Shown here: positions 61,490 to 64,000 of the stretch, one piece after another
Layout of the letters: every line of letters begins with the position of its first letter
Numbering within the stretch: the first letter of the stretch is position 1
NCBI GenBank assembly: GCA_011364965.1
Contig: RDOB01000003.1
Span: forward strand, 192,001 to 256,000
Origin: Candidatus Heimdallarchaeota archaeon
GTDB taxonomy: Archaea; Asgardarchaeota; Heimdallarchaeia; Hodarchaeales; Hodarchaeaceae
DNA length: 64,000 nucleotides
Direction of reading: 5' to 3'
Position numbers and translations under genes: made by a program
Notes under the pieces: model-generated
What the model saw: only the letters and a program-made list of their open reading frames with translations
The model's database searches: none
Told to the model about the DNA's origin: nothing

Positions 61490-61615
61490 GTGGCGTGTGG
61501 CCACATATAAACCCTTTTCATGGCAAATTGCCATTAAAAAAATTTTTTTTGCGTCTTAACTCATTTCAAGCATAAATCTATCAATTTTTCTAAGTATGCT
61601 TTGGCCTTTGGCCCT
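61490..61615. promoter_or_regulatory. Three 15-bp TGGC-N5-GCC boxes and a BRE/TATA in the divergent Lrp/aminotransferase promoter
   Basis: GTGGCGTGTGGCCAC (61490), ATGGCAAATTGCCAT (61520), TTGGCCTTTGGCCCT (61601); minus-strand GAAAAGGG-TTTATAT between boxes 1 and 2. Confidence 0.75.
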
Positions 61616-61666
61616 CTCAATCTATATATAGTTTCCCACTCGTGAGGGTCTTGGAGCTAGGAATAA

Positions 61667-62968
61667 ATGAATACAACAAATATAAGTTCGAATATTACCG
61701 ACTCGTCTGATTCGTTCCCTTTTGCCGATTGGGTGAATTTTATTAGAGAAAGTGAGATCCGACGTCTTTTACGCTTCTCTCCTCAATACTATTTTGCGGG
61801 AGGTAAGCCAGGGGTCATTCCTGTTAGTACATTTCATCAAATTATTCGAAATATTATATTAGAAGAAGAGAAAGCTTTTCAAAAAAATGATCTCTCTTTT
61901 TTGAATAATTACAACTATGGTAGGTCAGAAGGTAATCCTGTATTGCGTCAGGTATTATGTACTCGTTTGAAAAAACGTGATGGCTTAAGAAACATTGAAA
62001 TTTCTGATGTTGTTTTAACAAATGGTTCTCAACAGGCACTCTATGCAATTTGTGACACCATAATTCGGCCTGGAGACATCATTTTAGCAGCCCGACCCAC
62101 CTACTTGGGATTTCTTCAACCTGCAGAGAAAATGGGAGGAAAAATCGTTACAATTCCATCAGATAATCAAGGTTTAATCCCAGATTTCATACCATCGGTT
62201 TTTCAGAAATGTTTAAGCCAATTAAGTCATACCCCTAAATTCCTCTATATAGTTCCTTATTCTGACAATCCGAAGGGAACAACGCTCCCAGAGTCTCGTA
62301 AAAAAACTCTAGTTGACTATGCTTTTGAATATGACTTTCTTCTTGTAGAAGATATGGCATATAAAGAAATTCAATTTGAAAATCCATCAATCTCACCGAT
62401 GAAGAAATGGGATCCAGAGAATGAGAGAATTATTTATCTTTCCACATCCACCAAGGAAGCTGCTGCATTTCGTATTGGATATAATGTCTTCCCCACTTTT
62501 CTCAAGAATGAAATCATCAAAGCGAAGGGAATTTATGATTTATGTTCCTCAGAATGGGTACAAGCGATTTTAACTGAATATTATTCAAAACATATTGACA
62601 AAGCTCTCCCTCAAATAAAAAAGGAGTATAAATTGCGTCGTAATGCTATGTTGAAAGTGATTACAGAGTGGAAATTGGGAAATTATACGCATCCAACTGG
62701 GGGATTTTTCATATGGTTTGAATCAGATGATAAAACATTTAATAGCTCTGAATTTCTTGACTATAGCTTGAAACATGATGTTTCCTTTGTCCCTGGAGGC
62801 AGTTTCTTTGCGCAAGCAGGTTTGGAATATACCAGTGATAATCTGATAAAGGAATCTATACCAAAATTGAATACAATGCGCTTGGGCTATTCACTTCTTC
62901 CTCCAGATCAAATTGAGAGGGGTATGAGTCATTTAGGAGAGCTATTGAATAAGTATCTTAACTCATAG
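61667..62968 (+). CDS. PLP-dependent class I aminotransferase (LysN/MAT-like)
   Basis: SEIRRLL, TNGSQQAL, PTYLG, NPKG, EDMAY, STTK, GGFF, MRLGYS. Confidence 0.92.
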   Translation: MNTTNISSNITDSSDSFPFADWVNFIRESEIRRLLRFSPQYYFAGGKPGVIPVSTFHQIIRNIILEEEKAFQKNDLSFLNNYNYGRSEGNPVLRQVLCTRLKKRDGLRNIEISDVVLTNGSQQALYAICDTIIRPGDIILAARPTYLGFLQPAEKMGGKIVTIPSDNQGLIPDFIPSVFQKCLSQLSHTPKFLYIVPYSDNPKGTTLPESRKKTLVDYAFEYDFLLVEDMAYKEIQFENPSISPMKKWDPENERIIYLSTSTKEAAAFRIGYNVFPTFLKNEIIKAKGIYDLCSSEWVQAILTEYYSKHIDKALPQIKKEYKLRRNAMLKVITEWKLGNYTHPTGGFFIWFESDDKTFNSSEFLDYSLKHDVSFVPGGSFFAQAGLEYTSDNLIKESIPKLNTMRLGYSLLPPDQIERGMSHLGELLNKYLNS

Positions 62969-63094
62969 CCTTCTATTTTTTTTGTTTTATCTTACTAGAT
63001 TTATACGTTATCTAAAACTATCATAAATTATTTAAGGATTTAGTTTAATCCTTCTGCAAATTTCGCTATGTTCGAGATAAAGGAAGTTTAATAC

Positions 63095-63940
63095 ATGTGC
63101 AACTATTGTTATGAACACACACGAAAAATCTGGTACCTACAAAAAGAATCATTTGATATGCGATCTGGAAGGTTTATGAAAATCCTTCCTGGTCGTATTC
63201 GTGAATTATGGTATGATTTTTATGCCCCAAGACTCCAGAATTTAGTCGATAGTACTACTGGAGATATTGGAGCCAACCCTGACCGAAAACCATACACTGG
63301 TTTGACAAAAGCCTTTTATAATTACTTTGCTAAAAACTATTTGGGCGGACAGGTCGTTACTTCCCTCGACGACATGATGCGGGTTCTAGATCTAGCAGAA
63401 GACATTTATGTTTCGTATTGTTCCTGTAAAAAGACTGCAGGAGGAGGCGAAGATTATCGCTGCCTTTTTTTGAATCACAATGCGCGATTTCAACGCAAAA
63501 AAGAGATTAAAGGGAAAGCACCCGAACATGGCCGATTTATAGATATTGAGGAAGCTAGGGAGATGGTGGTTGATCATCGCAAAACAGGTCATTATGGAAC
63601 AGTCCTCTGGGGTTTAAGACCAAAAGTGGATTGCATCTGTAATTGTGATCATTATTGTGCAGGGTTATATACTCCTGAAATACGATGGGGATTATTGCCC
63701 TCTTTCACAACTAGTATTGTTGTAAATGCCGATAAATGCGACCCTGATTGTACTATATGCCAAGGAATCTGTTATGCGAAAGCTATTGAAAAAGAGAAGG
63801 GGCAACAAGTCATTGCGGTAAACCAAGAGAAATGTATCGGTTGTAATCTTTGCATAGAAAAATGTCCTTATGGAGTTTTTGATCAACAGCCTAGAAAGGT
63901 CTACTATGATGCTACAATCGGAAAAAAAGTTGAAACTTGA
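63095..63940 (+). CDS. Multi-[Fe-S] ferredoxin-domain protein
   Basis: MCNYCYEH, CSCK, ICNCDHYC, C-terminal CxxxCxxCxxxC and CIGCNLCIEKCP. Confidence 0.85.
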   Translation: MCNYCYEHTRKIWYLQKESFDMRSGRFMKILPGRIRELWYDFYAPRLQNLVDSTTGDIGANPDRKPYTGLTKAFYNYFAKNYLGGQVVTSLDDMMRVLDLAEDIYVSYCSCKKTAGGGEDYRCLFLNHNARFQRKKEIKGKAPEHGRFIDIEEAREMVVDHRKTGHYGTVLWGLRPKVDCICNCDHYCAGLYTPEIRWGLLPSFTTSIVVNADKCDPDCTICQGICYAKAIEKEKGQQVIAVNQEKCIGCNLCIEKCPYGVFDQQPRKVYYDATIGKKVET

Positions 63941-64000
63941 TCATTCTTAAACCAAAAAATGGATATTATAACCTAAGGGAAATGATGGGTTATTTTGTAA

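Noticed and set aside
1-64000. tRNA, rRNA, CRISPR arrays, IS elements, prophage
   Set aside because: No cloverleaf or T-loop motifs, extended GC-rich RNA tracts, repeat-spacer arrays, or transposase/integrase ORFs seen by eye; tRNAscan-SE and Infernal would be decisive

Overview
AT-rich, gene-dense 64 kb chromosomal window that looks archaeal and most likely Asgard (Heimdallarchaeia/Hodarchaeales-like). This is inferred from the 7TM+longin-like proteins, NosD and CTERM-type surface proteins, Lrp and AbrB-PhoU regulators, and BRE/TATA promoters. I found no rRNA, tRNA, CRISPR array or intact mobile element. Main blocks: (1) 3.3-10.7 kb, a D-amino-acid/peptide cluster with a MurL-like epimerase, Ddl-like ATP-grasp ligase, GNAT, beta-lactamase-fold peptidase, N-acylamino-acid racemase, PLP enzyme and Lrp; (2) transport, sensing and housekeeping genes, including a LarA homolog, PlsC and SCP2; (3) a wHTH-MinD/ParA-membrane protein operon; (4) a TusA-MvhD-HdrA-HdrA-wHTH-QmoC-like operon; (5) 45-58.6 kb, a complete bacterial-type galactitol/Sgc-family PTS (EI, HPr, IIA, IIB, IIC) with DegT aminotransferase, Zn dehydrogenase, two aldolases, BtpA/SgcQ, YjbQ and HAD; (6) a divergent Lrp/aminotransferase pair with clear 15-bp operator boxes. 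There are also several pseudogenes (MFS, AOR, a membrane protein) and a 56-aa zinc-finger ORF missing from the ORF track. All calls come from reading motifs by eye; no database searches were run.
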